64,000 bases of DNA. Origin: an uncultured Draconibacterium sp. (GTDB lineage Bacteria; Bacteroidota; Bacteroidia; Bacteroidales; Prolixibacteraceae). The first letter of the stretch is position 1; every line of letters starts with the position of its first letter. The stretch is from contig NZ_CAJXTC010000024.1 in assembly GCF_913060805.1 (NCBI RefSeq), positions 8,079 through 72,078 of the forward strand. The letters run 5' to 3'. The notes beneath the pieces are model-generated. The model was not told the origin of the DNA and did not search any database. It saw nothing but the letters and a program-made list of their open reading frames with translations. Positions 10,320 to 18,716 of this stretch are shown piece by piece. The position numbers and the translations under genes were made by a program.

Positions 10320-10682
10320 ATGAACAAAGAAAAAGACCTCAAACGAAGGACTAAAAGCTTTTGTATCAATTGTATTCGTTTGGCAGAAACCCTGCCAAAT
10401 ACCTATTTGGGAAAACATATTCAAGGACAGTTAATAAGAAGCTCATCGTCGGTAGCAGCAAATTACAGAGCTGCGAAGTTGGCACAATCAACAGCTGCAT
10501 TTGTTTCGAAAATTAGCATTGTAATTGAAGAAGCAGATGAATCGCAATTCTGGCTTGAGTTAATTAAGAATTTGAAGCTCATCGATTCCGAACAAAGAAA
10601 TGTCCTTGAAAGGGAAGCTTCAGAACTAGTTGCTATTTTTGTTTCATCACGTAAAAAATTGCATCAACGTAAATTCAATTAA
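10320..10682 (+). CDS. Four-helix-bundle protein (23S rRNA intervening-sequence protein family)
   Basis: 120 aa and all-helical, with the typical motifs GKHIQGQLIRSSSSVAANYRAA, EEADESQFWLEL and EASELVAIF. Confidence 0.8.
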   Translation: MNKEKDLKRRTKSFCINCIRLAETLPNTYLGKHIQGQLIRSSSSVAANYRAAKLAQSTAAFVSKISIVIEEADESQFWLELIKNLKLIDSEQRNVLEREASELVAIFVSSRKKLHQRKFN

Positions 10683-10745
10683 TCCTTAACCCTTTCAATT
10701 CATCCTTTTTATTCATCCTTTATCAATTATCCTTAATCCTTTTAC

Positions 10746-10753
10746 TACTTTTG
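10746..10753 (+). promoter_or_regulatory. Candidate -7 box (TActTTTG) for rnpB
   Basis: tacttttg followed by cacc lies 5 nt before the predicted 5' end of the RNase P RNA. The same tacttttgcacc word precedes tRNA-Lys at 18313. Confidence 0.55.
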
Positions 10754-10757
10754 CACC

Positions 10758-11162
10758 GGCAAGCCGCTTTATCGCTGTTCTGATTTATCGGGAGAGAGGA
10801 AAGTCCGGGCAACGCAGGGCACCGTGCTTCTTAGCGAGAAGATCTTTGAAAGGGGATAGCAACGTAACAGAAAATAACCACCTTGTTGTGGCGTGTCCAC
10901 GGCAGGGAACGGGTGAAAAGGTGCGGTAAAAGCGCACCGGTGGAGGTGGCAACATCACCAGCCGTACGTCTCACGGGTTGCAAAGCCATGTATATCCAAA
11001 GTGTTTGCCGCTGTTGCGGTACAGCGAAACGGCCCGTTTTGCTCTCAACGCACAAGAGACTTTGGAGGGGTAGGCTGCAGGATCCCGGCAGTGATGTCGG
11101 GACTAGATAAATGATAAAGGACCGTCTTTTGACGGTTACAGGACCCGGCTTACAGGCTTGCC
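10758..11162 (+). ncRNA. rnpB: RNase P RNA, bacterial type A
   Basis: Universally conserved blocks are present: gaggaaagtccgggc, acagaaaa, gggtgaaaaggtgcggtaaaagcgcacc, agataaatga and acaggacccggcttac. The P1 stem pairs ggcaagcc (5') with ggcttgcc (3'). Ends are +/- a few nt. Confidence 0.9.
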
Positions 11163-11262
11163 TTTTTAAATGAAACTCAAAATTCAGGATCCGTCAATTG
11201 ACGGAGAACTGGATTTTGTTAGTTGAATTAATCCCGATAACGAAGTTCATCGGGATATTATA

Positions 11263-11314
11263 ATCAGCGGGTGACTACAAGTTAAAACAAGTAGTCACCC
11301 GCTGATTTTTTTTT
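11263..11314 (+). terminator. Rho-independent terminator after rnpB
   Basis: atcagcgggtgactac-(loop)-gtagtcacccgctgat forms a 16-bp stem followed by a 9-T run. Confidence 0.75.
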
Positions 11315-11316
11315 GC

Positions 11317-11877
11317 TTATTTTAATTGCCAGTCAATCTCTTCTTTTAGCAAATTCTCTAATGGAAACGAGAATTTTATCTGCTCGCCAAATGCAATGGC
11401 ATCAGCCAGTTTGTAACCTTTGTATTCAACCATGTAAGCCATCATAAAATTGGTTACCCGGCCGGCACTTCCACAGTGAATTAGTACCTTTTTGTATTTG
11501 CCATTCATGACCTCGGCAAATTTCTCCAGGTTTTCAGGCGTATAGCCATCATATCCTGAAACCGGCAGCGAAACGTATTTCATTTTCAATTTGGCAACCA
11601 TTTCTTCTTCGTTAAATGCTTCTTCGGCAAAATCTTCGTTTTCACCTTCTGTGCGCAGATTGATAACCAAGTCAACACCCTGATCTTTTAGCCATTCAAA
11701 AGTTTCTAGGTTGGGCTGACCACTAAAAAACATGTTGTCGCTTTTAAATAGATTGGGTGCATTATTGAGTTCTTCAACTTCAGGAACTTCTTTTTTCTGA
11801 AGATTTGAGGCATCCACCTGTGGTGGATTGAAAAGAAGAATTGTACAACAAAACAGCAGTAGAGTAAACGTTTTCAT
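11317..11877 (-). CDS. Secreted CX5R phosphatase-like protein (tyrosine/dual-specificity phosphatase superfamily, DUF442-like)
   Basis: 186 aa with an N-terminal signal peptide (MKTFTLLLFCCTILL). The active-site-like motif is IHCGSAGRV (H-C-x5-R). Confidence 0.55.
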   Translation of the reverse strand: MKTFTLLLFCCTILLFNPPQVDASNLQKKEVPEVEELNNAPNLFKSDNMFFSGQPNLETFEWLKDQGVDLVINLRTEGENEDFAEEAFNEEEMVAKLKMKYVSLPVSGYDGYTPENLEKFAEVMNGKYKKVLIHCGSAGRVTNFMMAYMVEYKGYKLADAIAFGEQIKFSFPLENLLKEEIDWQLK

Positions 11878-11961
11878 GAAATAGAATTTTAAGTTATCTC
11901 ATAAAGTTAGAAATACTGAATTGTAATTCTGTTAATGAAGTGTTATTGCTTGTTAACGAGG

Positions 11962-12012
11962 CTAAAAACAAAAGATCCGATTCTGCTCTTTTTCAGAACA
12001 TGAATCTGATCT
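11962..12012 (-). terminator. Rho-independent terminator ending the SLC13-cysD-cysNC-epimerase operon
   Basis: On the minus strand, agatcagattc-(loop)-gaatcggatct forms an 11-bp stem with one mismatch, followed by ttttgttttt. It lies 29 nt after the epimerase stop. Confidence 0.6.
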
Positions 12013-12040
12013 TTAATTATACGTTGAAATTAAACTCCAA

Positions 12041-13054
12041 CTATTGATAAAACTTTTTGTACCATTTTACAAATTCGCCAATTCCTTCTGCCAGAGGCGT
12101 ATCGGGCGAGTAGCCAAAATCTTTTTCCAGCGCACTTACATCGGCGTAGGTTTTGTAAACGTCGCCGGGTTGCATGTCGTGGTATTCCTTAACGGCTTCC
12201 TGTCCAAGAGCTTTTTCAATGGTTTCGATAAACTCCATCAGTTTAACCGGGCTTGAATTTCCAATGTTATGTACCTTGTAAGGAGCTCCTGATTCACTTG
12301 ATGGCGGTCCGTTCAGAATCTTGATAATTCCCTCAACAATATCGTCGATATAGGTAAAATCGCGGTACAGGTCGCCATGGTTAAATATCTTAATGGCATC
12401 TCCTGCCAGGATGTTTTTCGTGAACGAGAAATAGGCCATATCAGGTCGTCCCCATGGTCCGTAAACCGTGAAAAAGCGCAATCCTGTAGTTGGGATACCA
12501 AACAAATGACTGTAGGTATGCGCCATCAACTCGTTGCTCTTTTTGGTAGCCGCATATAAACTCACCGGGTTATCCACCGTGTCGTCAACCGACAGCGGCA
12601 TTTTTGCACTGTTGCCATACACACTCGACGAACTGGCGTAAACCAAATGCTGAATGTTATTATGTCGGCAAGCTTCAAGTATATTGATGAACCCAACAAT
12701 GTTGCTATCGATATAAGCTCGTGGATTTTCGATACTATAACGCACACCGGCTTGTGCAGCCAGGTTGCAAACCATATCGAACTTCTCGGTTTCGAAAAGT
12801 TGATCGATCTGCTCACGGTCTTCCAGGTTCATTCGAACAAACGAATACGCCGGATTTTTTGTACTGACAACTTTTTTATGCCAGTGCTCGGCCTCATTAG
12901 AAATACCTGCTTCGGCCAAACGGGCATATTTCAGCTCGGTAGAATAGTAGTCGTTGATATTGTCGATACCCACAACTTCTACTCCTTGCTCCAATAATTT
13001 GTTTGCAAGATGGAATCCAATGAAACCCGCTGTGCCTGTTACTAAAACTTTCAT
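12041..13054 (-). CDS. NAD-dependent nucleotide-sugar epimerase (UDP-glucuronate 4-epimerase-like SDR)
   Basis: 337 aa with the Rossmann motif VTGTAGFIGFHL and the catalytic YAATKKSNE (YxxxK). It resembles Cap1J/LpsL-type epimerases overall. Confidence 0.7.
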   Translation of the reverse strand: MKVLVTGTAGFIGFHLANKLLEQGVEVVGIDNINDYYSTELKYARLAEAGISNEAEHWHKKVVSTKNPAYSFVRMNLEDREQIDQLFETEKFDMVCNLAAQAGVRYSIENPRAYIDSNIVGFINILEACRHNNIQHLVYASSSSVYGNSAKMPLSVDDTVDNPVSLYAATKKSNELMAHTYSHLFGIPTTGLRFFTVYGPWGRPDMAYFSFTKNILAGDAIKIFNHGDLYRDFTYIDDIVEGIIKILNGPPSSESGAPYKVHNIGNSSPVKLMEFIETIEKALGQEAVKEYHDMQPGDVYKTYADVSALEKDFGYSPDTPLAEGIGEFVKWYKKFYQ

Positions 13055-13065
13055 TCTAAATATTC

Positions 13066-14985
13066 CTAGTGGTTAGGAAATACTTTGTTCATTGCTAAGT
13101 AATCCAAAATAGCATCCAGGTTTTCCTCGTTTTTCTCCGGGTTGAAAACCAGTTTTGCATTTGTTGGTGCTTCATATTCCAGATCAACACCCGGCAGACC
13201 ACTTGTTTTGCCTTCTTCCACCAATTTGTACAATTCCGGTTTATTGTTTTTGCAATACTCCAAATCGGCATCCATGTAGAACATATGGAAACGATCTTTA
13301 CCAATAATTTCTGCTACCTGATCGCGCAACGATTCGTTACGTGAGATATAGGAAGCAATGGTGATAATTCCCTGATCGTTCAATATTTTACAAATATGTG
13401 CTACACGGCGCAGATTTTCGGCACGGTCGGCAGGAGAGTAGTCAAGCTCGCGGCTCAATCCTGAGCGTACAGAACTTCCGTCGATCAACACCACTGTTGC
13501 TCCGTTGTCGAATAATTTTTTCTCCAGACTAAATGCCAATTCATTTTTACCTGAACCGTGCAGGCCGGTAATCCAGATGGTTTCACCTTTCTGGTTGTAC
13601 TTCTGAATGTATTCTTCCGGTTTGATCAACGCTTCACCTTTGGCAATTTTTTCCTTGTCAACATCGGTAATGCGCGATGGAAGGCTATTGCTGCCAAGCT
13701 TATCGATAATCATACCCACCGCTACGGTGTTATGTGTTACCGGATCGATAAGAATAAATGAACCGGTTTGATGATTCTTTTTATACGGGTCGAAGAAAAG
13801 TGGTTTGGTAGTGGTAATCACCACGCGGCCAATTTCGTTCAGCTTGAATTTTTCGATGTTCGATTTTTCAAGCGTGTTTACATCCACTTTGTATTTTATC
13901 TCGTCAAGACGAGCCTTTGTATTATTGTTGGCATGTTTGATGTAAAACTGGGTAGAAAGGTTCATGTCAGTCTCATCCATCCAAACCAACATCGCCTCAA
14001 ATTGACGCTCAACACGTGGCAGGTTATCAGGATGCACCAACATATCGCCACGCGAAATGTCAATTTCGTCCTCCAGCGTAACCGTTACCGATTGTGGCGG
14101 GAATGCGTAATCCAGTTCCCCTTCGTAAGTCACGATTTTCTCTACTTTCGATTTTTTCATCGAAGGCAGCACCATTACTTCGTCGCCTTTTTTAATTATT
14201 CCTGACGCTACAGAAGTTGAGAATCCACGGAATTTAATATCGGGGCGCAACACATACTGAACCGGGAAACGCAGGTCGTCGAAGTTACGGTCAGAGCTTA
14301 CATGAACGTTCTCCAAAAACTCCAGCAGACAAGGACCATGGTACCAATCCATGTTGTCGCCTTTTTCCACTACGTTGTCGCCTTTTAAAGCCGACAGTGG
14401 AATGAAGTTTACATCCGGCACATCAAGCTGGGTAACAAAAGCTTTATAGTCAGCTTTGATTTCCTCAAAACGCTCCTGTTTGTAATCGGCCAGGTCCATT
14501 TTATTAATGGCTACCACAACGTGTTTAATTCCCAAAAGGTTGGCCAAATAAGTGTGGCGTTTGGTCTGGGTGATTACTCCATGACGTGCGTCAATCAAGA
14601 TAATGGCCAGGTTGGCAGTCGATCCACCGGTAATCATGTTACGGGTGTATTGCTCGTGCCCCGGAGTATCCGCGATGATAAATTTACGCTTTGCAGTTGA
14701 GAAGTAGCGATAAGCCACATCAATAGTAATTCCCTGCTCGCGTTCGGCTTTCAAACCATCGAGCAACAAGGCGTAGTCGATTTCTTCGCCGGCATGGCCA
14801 ATACGTTTACTGTCGCGGTGCAAAGCTTCAAGCTGATCTTCATAAAGCATTTTACTGTCAGCCATCAGGCGTCCGATCAGCGTTGATTTGCCATCGTCAA
14901 CCGATCCTGCAGTCAGCAAGCGTAAAAGGTCTTTTTTCTGGTCTTGATCCAGAAACTCTTGTATATTAAGTTTTTTTGTTGTCAT
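13066..14985 (-). CDS. cysNC: Bifunctional sulfate adenylyltransferase subunit 1 / adenylylsulfate kinase (fused CysN-CysC, NodQ-like)
   Basis: 639 aa. The N-terminal GTPase has [17 protein letters not shown] and NKMD. The C-terminal APS kinase has the P-loop [12 protein letters not shown]. Confidence 0.85.
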   Translation of the reverse strand: MTTKKLNIQEFLDQDQKKDLLRLLTAGSVDDGKSTLIGRLMADSKMLYEDQLEALHRDSKRIGHAGEEIDYALLLDGLKAEREQGITIDVAYRYFSTAKRKFIIADTPGHEQYTRNMITGGSTANLAIILIDARHGVITQTKRHTYLANLLGIKHVVVAINKMDLADYKQERFEEIKADYKAFVTQLDVPDVNFIPLSALKGDNVVEKGDNMDWYHGPCLLEFLENVHVSSDRNFDDLRFPVQYVLRPDIKFRGFSTSVASGIIKKGDEVMVLPSMKKSKVEKIVTYEGELDYAFPPQSVTVTLEDEIDISRGDMLVHPDNLPRVERQFEAMLVWMDETDMNLSTQFYIKHANNNTKARLDEIKYKVDVNTLEKSNIEKFKLNEIGRVVITTTKPLFFDPYKKNHQTGSFILIDPVTHNTVAVGMIIDKLGSNSLPSRITDVDKEKIAKGEALIKPEEYIQKYNQKGETIWITGLHGSGKNELAFSLEKKLFDNGATVVLIDGSSVRSGLSRELDYSPADRAENLRRVAHICKILNDQGIITIASYISRNESLRDQVAEIIGKDRFHMFYMDADLEYCKNNKPELYKLVEEGKTSGLPGVDLEYEAPTNAKLVFNPEKNEENLDAILDYLAMNKVFPNH

Positions 14986-15003
14986 TACTTTGCTTTAATT
15001 AAG

Positions 15004-15082
15004 CTGTCATTTCGACGACGTAGGAGGAGAAATCTGTTTCAATGTGTGAGATTTCTCGTTCGTTCCTCACTCGAAATGACAA
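15004..15082. repeat. Palindromic intergenic element (REP-like) between cysD and cysNC
   Basis: The arms are gtcatttcgacgacgtaggaggagaaatct and agatttctcgttcgttcctcactcgaaatgac. The outer 10 bp and inner 9 bp pair perfectly and the centre is imperfect. A half-copy lies at 1454-1488. Confidence 0.75.
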
Positions 15083-15098
15083 TGAATATTGAACCTTA

Positions 15099-16007
15099 CT
15101 AGAAATACCCTTCTCTTTTTTTCTGTTCCATACTTGCTTCCTGATCGAAGTCGATAACACGTGTTGTACGCTCCGAAACGGTAACGGTCATCATTTCTTC
15201 AACAATTTTCTCGATGGTATCAGCTTCCGATTCAATAGCACCGGTAAGCGGGTAACAACCCAGCGTACGGAAACGTACCATGCGCATTTCTGCTTTGTCG
15301 CGCAATTCTTTTGGCATACGTTCGTCGTCTACCATAACAAGGGTGCCATCCATTTCAACCACCGGACGTTCTTTGGCGTAATACAGCGGAACGATCGGGA
15401 TATTTTCTAAACGGATGTACTGCCAAATGTCGAGCTCAGTCCAGTTCGAGATAGGGAACACTCGAATTGATTCACCTTTTTGTACACGGCTGTTGTAGAT
15501 ATTCCAAAGCTCAGGACGCTGGTTTTTTGGGTCCCACTGATGGAATTTATCGCGAAACGAGAAAATACGCTCTTTTGCACGCGATTTTTCCTCATCACGA
15601 CGGGCACCGCCAAATGCAGCATCAAATTTGTATTTATTCAGACCACCAAGCAGGGCCTGTGTTTTCATAATATCGGTGTGAACTTTACTTCCGTGAGTAA
15701 AAGGACCTACGCCACTTTCAAAACCTTCTTTGTTGTAATGTACGATCAAGTCCCAGCCTTTTTCTTTCGCATAAGTGTCGCGGAAATCGATCATTTCCTG
15801 GAATTTCCATTTCGAGTCGATGTGCATCAACGGAAACGGAACTTTACCGGGATAAAATGCTTTTTCGGCCAGGCGAACCATCACCGACGAGTCTTTCCCG
15901 ATGGAATAAAGCATAACTGGATTTTCGAACTCGGCTGCCACCTCGCGGATGATGTGGATGGCTTCTGCCTCCAGTTCGCGAAGGTTGGTTAATGAATAAT
16001 TATCCAT
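15099..16007 (-). CDS. cysD: Sulfate adenylyltransferase subunit 2
   Basis: 302 aa with the PAPS-reductase-fold motifs [33 protein letters not shown] and a C-terminal EQKKREGYF. Confidence 0.9.
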   Translation of the reverse strand: MDNYSLTNLRELEAEAIHIIREVAAEFENPVMLYSIGKDSSVMVRLAEKAFYPGKVPFPLMHIDSKWKFQEMIDFRDTYAKEKGWDLIVHYNKEGFESGVGPFTHGSKVHTDIMKTQALLGGLNKYKFDAAFGGARRDEEKSRAKERIFSFRDKFHQWDPKNQRPELWNIYNSRVQKGESIRVFPISNWTELDIWQYIRLENIPIVPLYYAKERPVVEMDGTLVMVDDERMPKELRDKAEMRMVRFRTLGCYPLTGAIESEADTIEKIVEEMMTVTVSERTTRVIDFDQEASMEQKKREGYF

Positions 16008-16230
16008 TCTTTTTTATTTTAGTTTTTACAGCCCGGTATGATTATTTTTTGGGTATGTTGCTGATATCTACCAATAGTAGGCTGTAGCTGTATTAAATTC
16101 TTTCTCTTCTTTTCAAACGAATGCAAATATAGAATTTTATTCCGGTTGACTTAAGGATTAAAGCCTTTTGTCCGGTGATCGATTTCTTTCTTAAGAATGA
16201 ATTTAAATAAGGGGCAAAATGTCGCAAAAA

Positions 16231-18039
16231 CTAGAAGCTCCAGAAGTAGGGAATAAGTAGCATCGATAAAATGAATGCGATTAAATTCAGCGGAAGACCG
16301 ATTTTTAAATAGTCGCGGAATTTATAGTTACCAATCGCTTGAATAATCAAATTTGTTTGGTAACCAATTGGGGTTGAGAAACTTGCTGATGCAGCAATGG
16401 CAATGGTTACAAAAAACGGTTTCGGATCGACATTTAATTGGTGCGAAGCTGCAAGTGCAATCGGGAATACCAATGCCGCAGCAGCATTGTTGGTGATAAT
16501 CTCGGTAAAAATAGCCGTGAGAATATACAGTGCTGCCATAACGCCAAGGGGCCCAAATCCTTTCGAGAAATTAACGGTAGTGCGTGCTAAAATTTCGGCC
16601 GCACCTGAATTTTGCATGGCTTTACTAATGGCAAAGGCACAGGCAATGGTAATCAGAACGTCCCAACTAATGGCCTTGGTGTACTTTTGGTGAGGCATAA
16701 TTTTTAGCCAAATCAACAGCATGGCAGCAATTGATGCAAAAAAGAACATATCCAAGGTTAAACCATCGGGCGACGAAAGGAATTTGCCAATGGTGGTGCC
16801 CACAATCATGCCCAGCAAAATGATAAACGCTAACCATTTTTTCCAGAAAGTTCCCGTGCTGCGGTAATCGCGAATATATGATGTAAGCAAAAAGATCTTT
16901 GAATCGCCCCAGTTTTCGATAAATTTTTCGGTGGTAAGTAAAACAAGATTATCGCCGGTTTTTAGGTGCAACTTGTCTTTATTGCTGGTAATACGCTCTC
17001 CGTTTCGGTGTACGGCAAGCACCACTGCCTGGTAGTGATCGTAAAAGTTAAACTCGTGAATATTCTTGCCAATTGCCGGAAAGCGTGGCGACAATACAGC
17101 CTCGTATTGTTTCAGCTTTTCTTTTGGCACGTTTTTTATCAAATCAATACCACTCAGTTTTACATTTGAATTAGCAAGAATATAATTTAACCGATCCGAT
17201 TTTCCGGCAACAAGTAACTTGTCGTCAGCCAGAAGTTTAAACGAGCCTTTTTTAGTTTCAATTATATTGCCATCGCGGTTAATGGTTTGAATAATCAGGC
17301 CTTTAAGCTCTTTCATTCGGCCATTTTTTATTTCAAGGCCAATAAGGTTGCTGTTCTCCGTAATTATAATGTCGTAGTGGTAGTCTTTGTATTCGGTAGA
17401 GCTTTTTGAGTTGAAGAAGATTTTCTCGCCGGGCAGTAGTCGGTTACTAAAAACAGTCATGTAAATGGTACCGGCAATCGCAACAAAGCCACCTATTTTC
17501 GCCAACTCGAACATGCTGAAACCTTCGTATCCGTTCTCCAGAATCAAACCGTGTACAACAAGGTTGGTAGATGTACCGATAAGTGTACACATTCCTCCAA
17601 AAATTGTAGCGTACGAAAGTGGTATCAGAAATTTCTTGGATGAGAGGTTTAAGTTCTCCGACCATTTTTTTATGATTGGAGCAAAAATAATTACCACCGG
17701 AGTATTGTTTAAGAAAGCCGACAAAACCGAAACCGGAAGCATGATCTGTGGAATCAGTGAAACCATTTTTCTGCGTTTTCTCGGGAGATAAGTTTGTGCC
17801 AGACGGTTCAGTATTCCCGATTGCCGCACTCCTTCGCTAACAATAAACAGAATGCCGATGGTAATCATTCCCTTGTTGGAAAAACCGGCCAGCATTTCTT
17901 TGTCGCTTATTGCTCCTGTCGCCATCAGAATAATTGCCGAGGAGAAAAAGATAAGCCCCGGACGCATCAACTCTTTTGCAAGGGCGATAATCGTTAACAA
18001 TACAATTGCGAGTACAATATATCCTTCGGTACTTATCAA
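16231..18039 (-). CDS. SLC13/DASS family permease with central TrkA-C domains (putative sulfate/anion transporter)
   Basis: 602 aa and polytopic, with two cytoplasmic TrkA-C-like segments (residues ~220-390). It sits at the head of the cysD-cysNC operon. Confidence 0.7.
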   Translation of the reverse strand: MISTEGYIVLAIVLLTIIALAKELMRPGLIFFSSAIILMATGAISDKEMLAGFSNKGMITIGILFIVSEGVRQSGILNRLAQTYLPRKRRKMVSLIPQIMLPVSVLSAFLNNTPVVIIFAPIIKKWSENLNLSSKKFLIPLSYATIFGGMCTLIGTSTNLVVHGLILENGYEGFSMFELAKIGGFVAIAGTIYMTVFSNRLLPGEKIFFNSKSSTEYKDYHYDIIITENSNLIGLEIKNGRMKELKGLIIQTINRDGNIIETKKGSFKLLADDKLLVAGKSDRLNYILANSNVKLSGIDLIKNVPKEKLKQYEAVLSPRFPAIGKNIHEFNFYDHYQAVVLAVHRNGERITSNKDKLHLKTGDNLVLLTTEKFIENWGDSKIFLLTSYIRDYRSTGTFWKKWLAFIILLGMIVGTTIGKFLSSPDGLTLDMFFFASIAAMLLIWLKIMPHQKYTKAISWDVLITIACAFAISKAMQNSGAAEILARTTVNFSKGFGPLGVMAALYILTAIFTEIITNNAAAALVFPIALAASHQLNVDPKPFFVTIAIAASASFSTPIGYQTNLIIQAIGNYKFRDYLKIGLPLNLIAFILSMLLIPYFWSF

Positions 18040-18312
18040 AGTGGTGTAGTATTATGTTGTCCTTCAGTTCAAACAATAGCTGCTTGAAAGAATCAAAGCT
18101 AGTATTAAAATTTTTTCTCTTCAAATTATTTTTCTGAAATAAAACTGTTCAAATAAGTGCGTGTTTGTAAGGTGTTCTTTTTGTGGGAGATGAGCGATTT
18201 TTAAAGACAATTTGTGGTGTCTGGTCGAAATTTACTGTGCGATGAGAAATGAAAAAAATGGATTTTTTTTGAAAAAAAGTGTCTGATGATTTGTGTGGAA
18301 AAAAATAATAAT

Positions 18313-18320
18313 TACTTTTG
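18313..18320 (+). promoter_or_regulatory. Candidate -7 box (TActTTTG) for tRNA-Lys
   Basis: tacttttg followed by cacc, 35 nt upstream of the tRNA 5' end. The word is identical to the one before rnpB. Confidence 0.5.
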
Positions 18321-18355
18321 CACCCGCCTTTGAGAAACAACGGCACTACAAGGAT

Positions 18356-18431
18356 GACTCAGTAGCTCAGTTGGTAGAGCACATCCCTTTTAAGGATGGG
18401 GTCCTGGGTTCGAGACCCAGCTGAGTCACCA
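18356..18431 (+). tRNA. tRNA-Lys (anticodon UUU), CCA encoded
   Basis: The cloverleaf was folded by hand: acceptor gactcag/ctgagtc, D arm gctc/gagc, anticodon stem catcc/ggatg with loop cTTTTaa, T arm ctggg-ttcgaga-cccag, discriminator A, then CCA. Confidence 0.9.
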
Positions 18432-18452
18432 AACCGGAAATCATTCCGAACC

Positions 18453-18490
18453 AAAAGCGCTTAAATCGTTGATTTACAGCGCTTTTTTCT
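18453..18490 (+). terminator. Terminator-like hairpin after tRNA-Lys
   Basis: aaaagcgct-(16 nt)-agcgctttt followed by a T-run. Confidence 0.5.
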
Positions 18491-18716
18491 TTTGCGGTAA
18501 TTCATAATAAGTCAAAAAACACCAAAAAAAAGGGGACTAAATCGAGACCCATCGATTTTTGGCTCAAAAATAGGTCTCTTTTTCGTAACTCTCTGATATT
18601 CATAATTTAATGTGGTCTGAATTGGTCTCTTTTGCTGTTGTGAGACGGCACTTTTTGGGGTAATTTTACCCAAAAAGAGACCTATAGAGACCCTAAAACT
18701 TAAAAATTTAGGAGTT

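Noticed and set aside
10202-10741. Possibility that the AAGGAT/ATCCTT arrays, or any other short repeats in the window, are a CRISPR array
   Set aside because: The repeats are 6-13 nt with irregular 7-14-nt spacing and opposite orientation on the two sides of a gene. No 24-48-nt repeat-spacer periodicity and no cas genes occur anywhere in the window.
10831-11110. Track ORFs 10831..11055 (-) and 10883..11110 (+), 74-75 aa
   Set aside because: Both lie entirely inside the RNase P RNA gene. Their open frames come from the GC-rich structured RNA, and their Arg/Cys/Gly-rich translations look non-protein-like.
15480-15992. Long antisense ORFs inside real genes: 15480..15992 (170 aa) opposite cysD, 3998..4450 opposite trpB, 13768..14205 opposite cysNC, 58882..59307 across the GH43/GH3 junction, and 12647..12997 opposite the epimerase
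   Set aside because: The sense-strand genes have unmistakable family motifs over their full length. The antisense translations are compositionally odd and motif-free, which is typical of shadow ORFs.
16008-16230. Possible riboswitch or leader RNA in the 222-nt gap upstream of cysD. A candidate -7 box (caaatata) lies at 16124-16131 on the minus strand
   Set aside because: I could not recognise any known sulfur- or SAM-related riboswitch core or a convincing conserved structure by eye. It is left unannotated pending a covariance-model scan such as Rfam/Infernal.
18149-18346. Track ORF 18149..18346 (-), 65 aa, upstream of tRNA-Lys
   Set aside because: It lies in AT-rich promoter DNA shared by the SLC13 operon and the tRNA and overlaps the tRNA -7 box. 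The translation is low-complexity.
18410-18551. The 10-nt identity tcgagaccca between the tRNA-Lys T-arm (18410-18419) and 18542-18551, read as the att core duplication
   Set aside because: It is too short and too close to the tRNA (132 nt) to define island ends. It is more likely part of the GAGACC motif cluster. The real attR, if any, should lie beyond the island and possibly outside the window.
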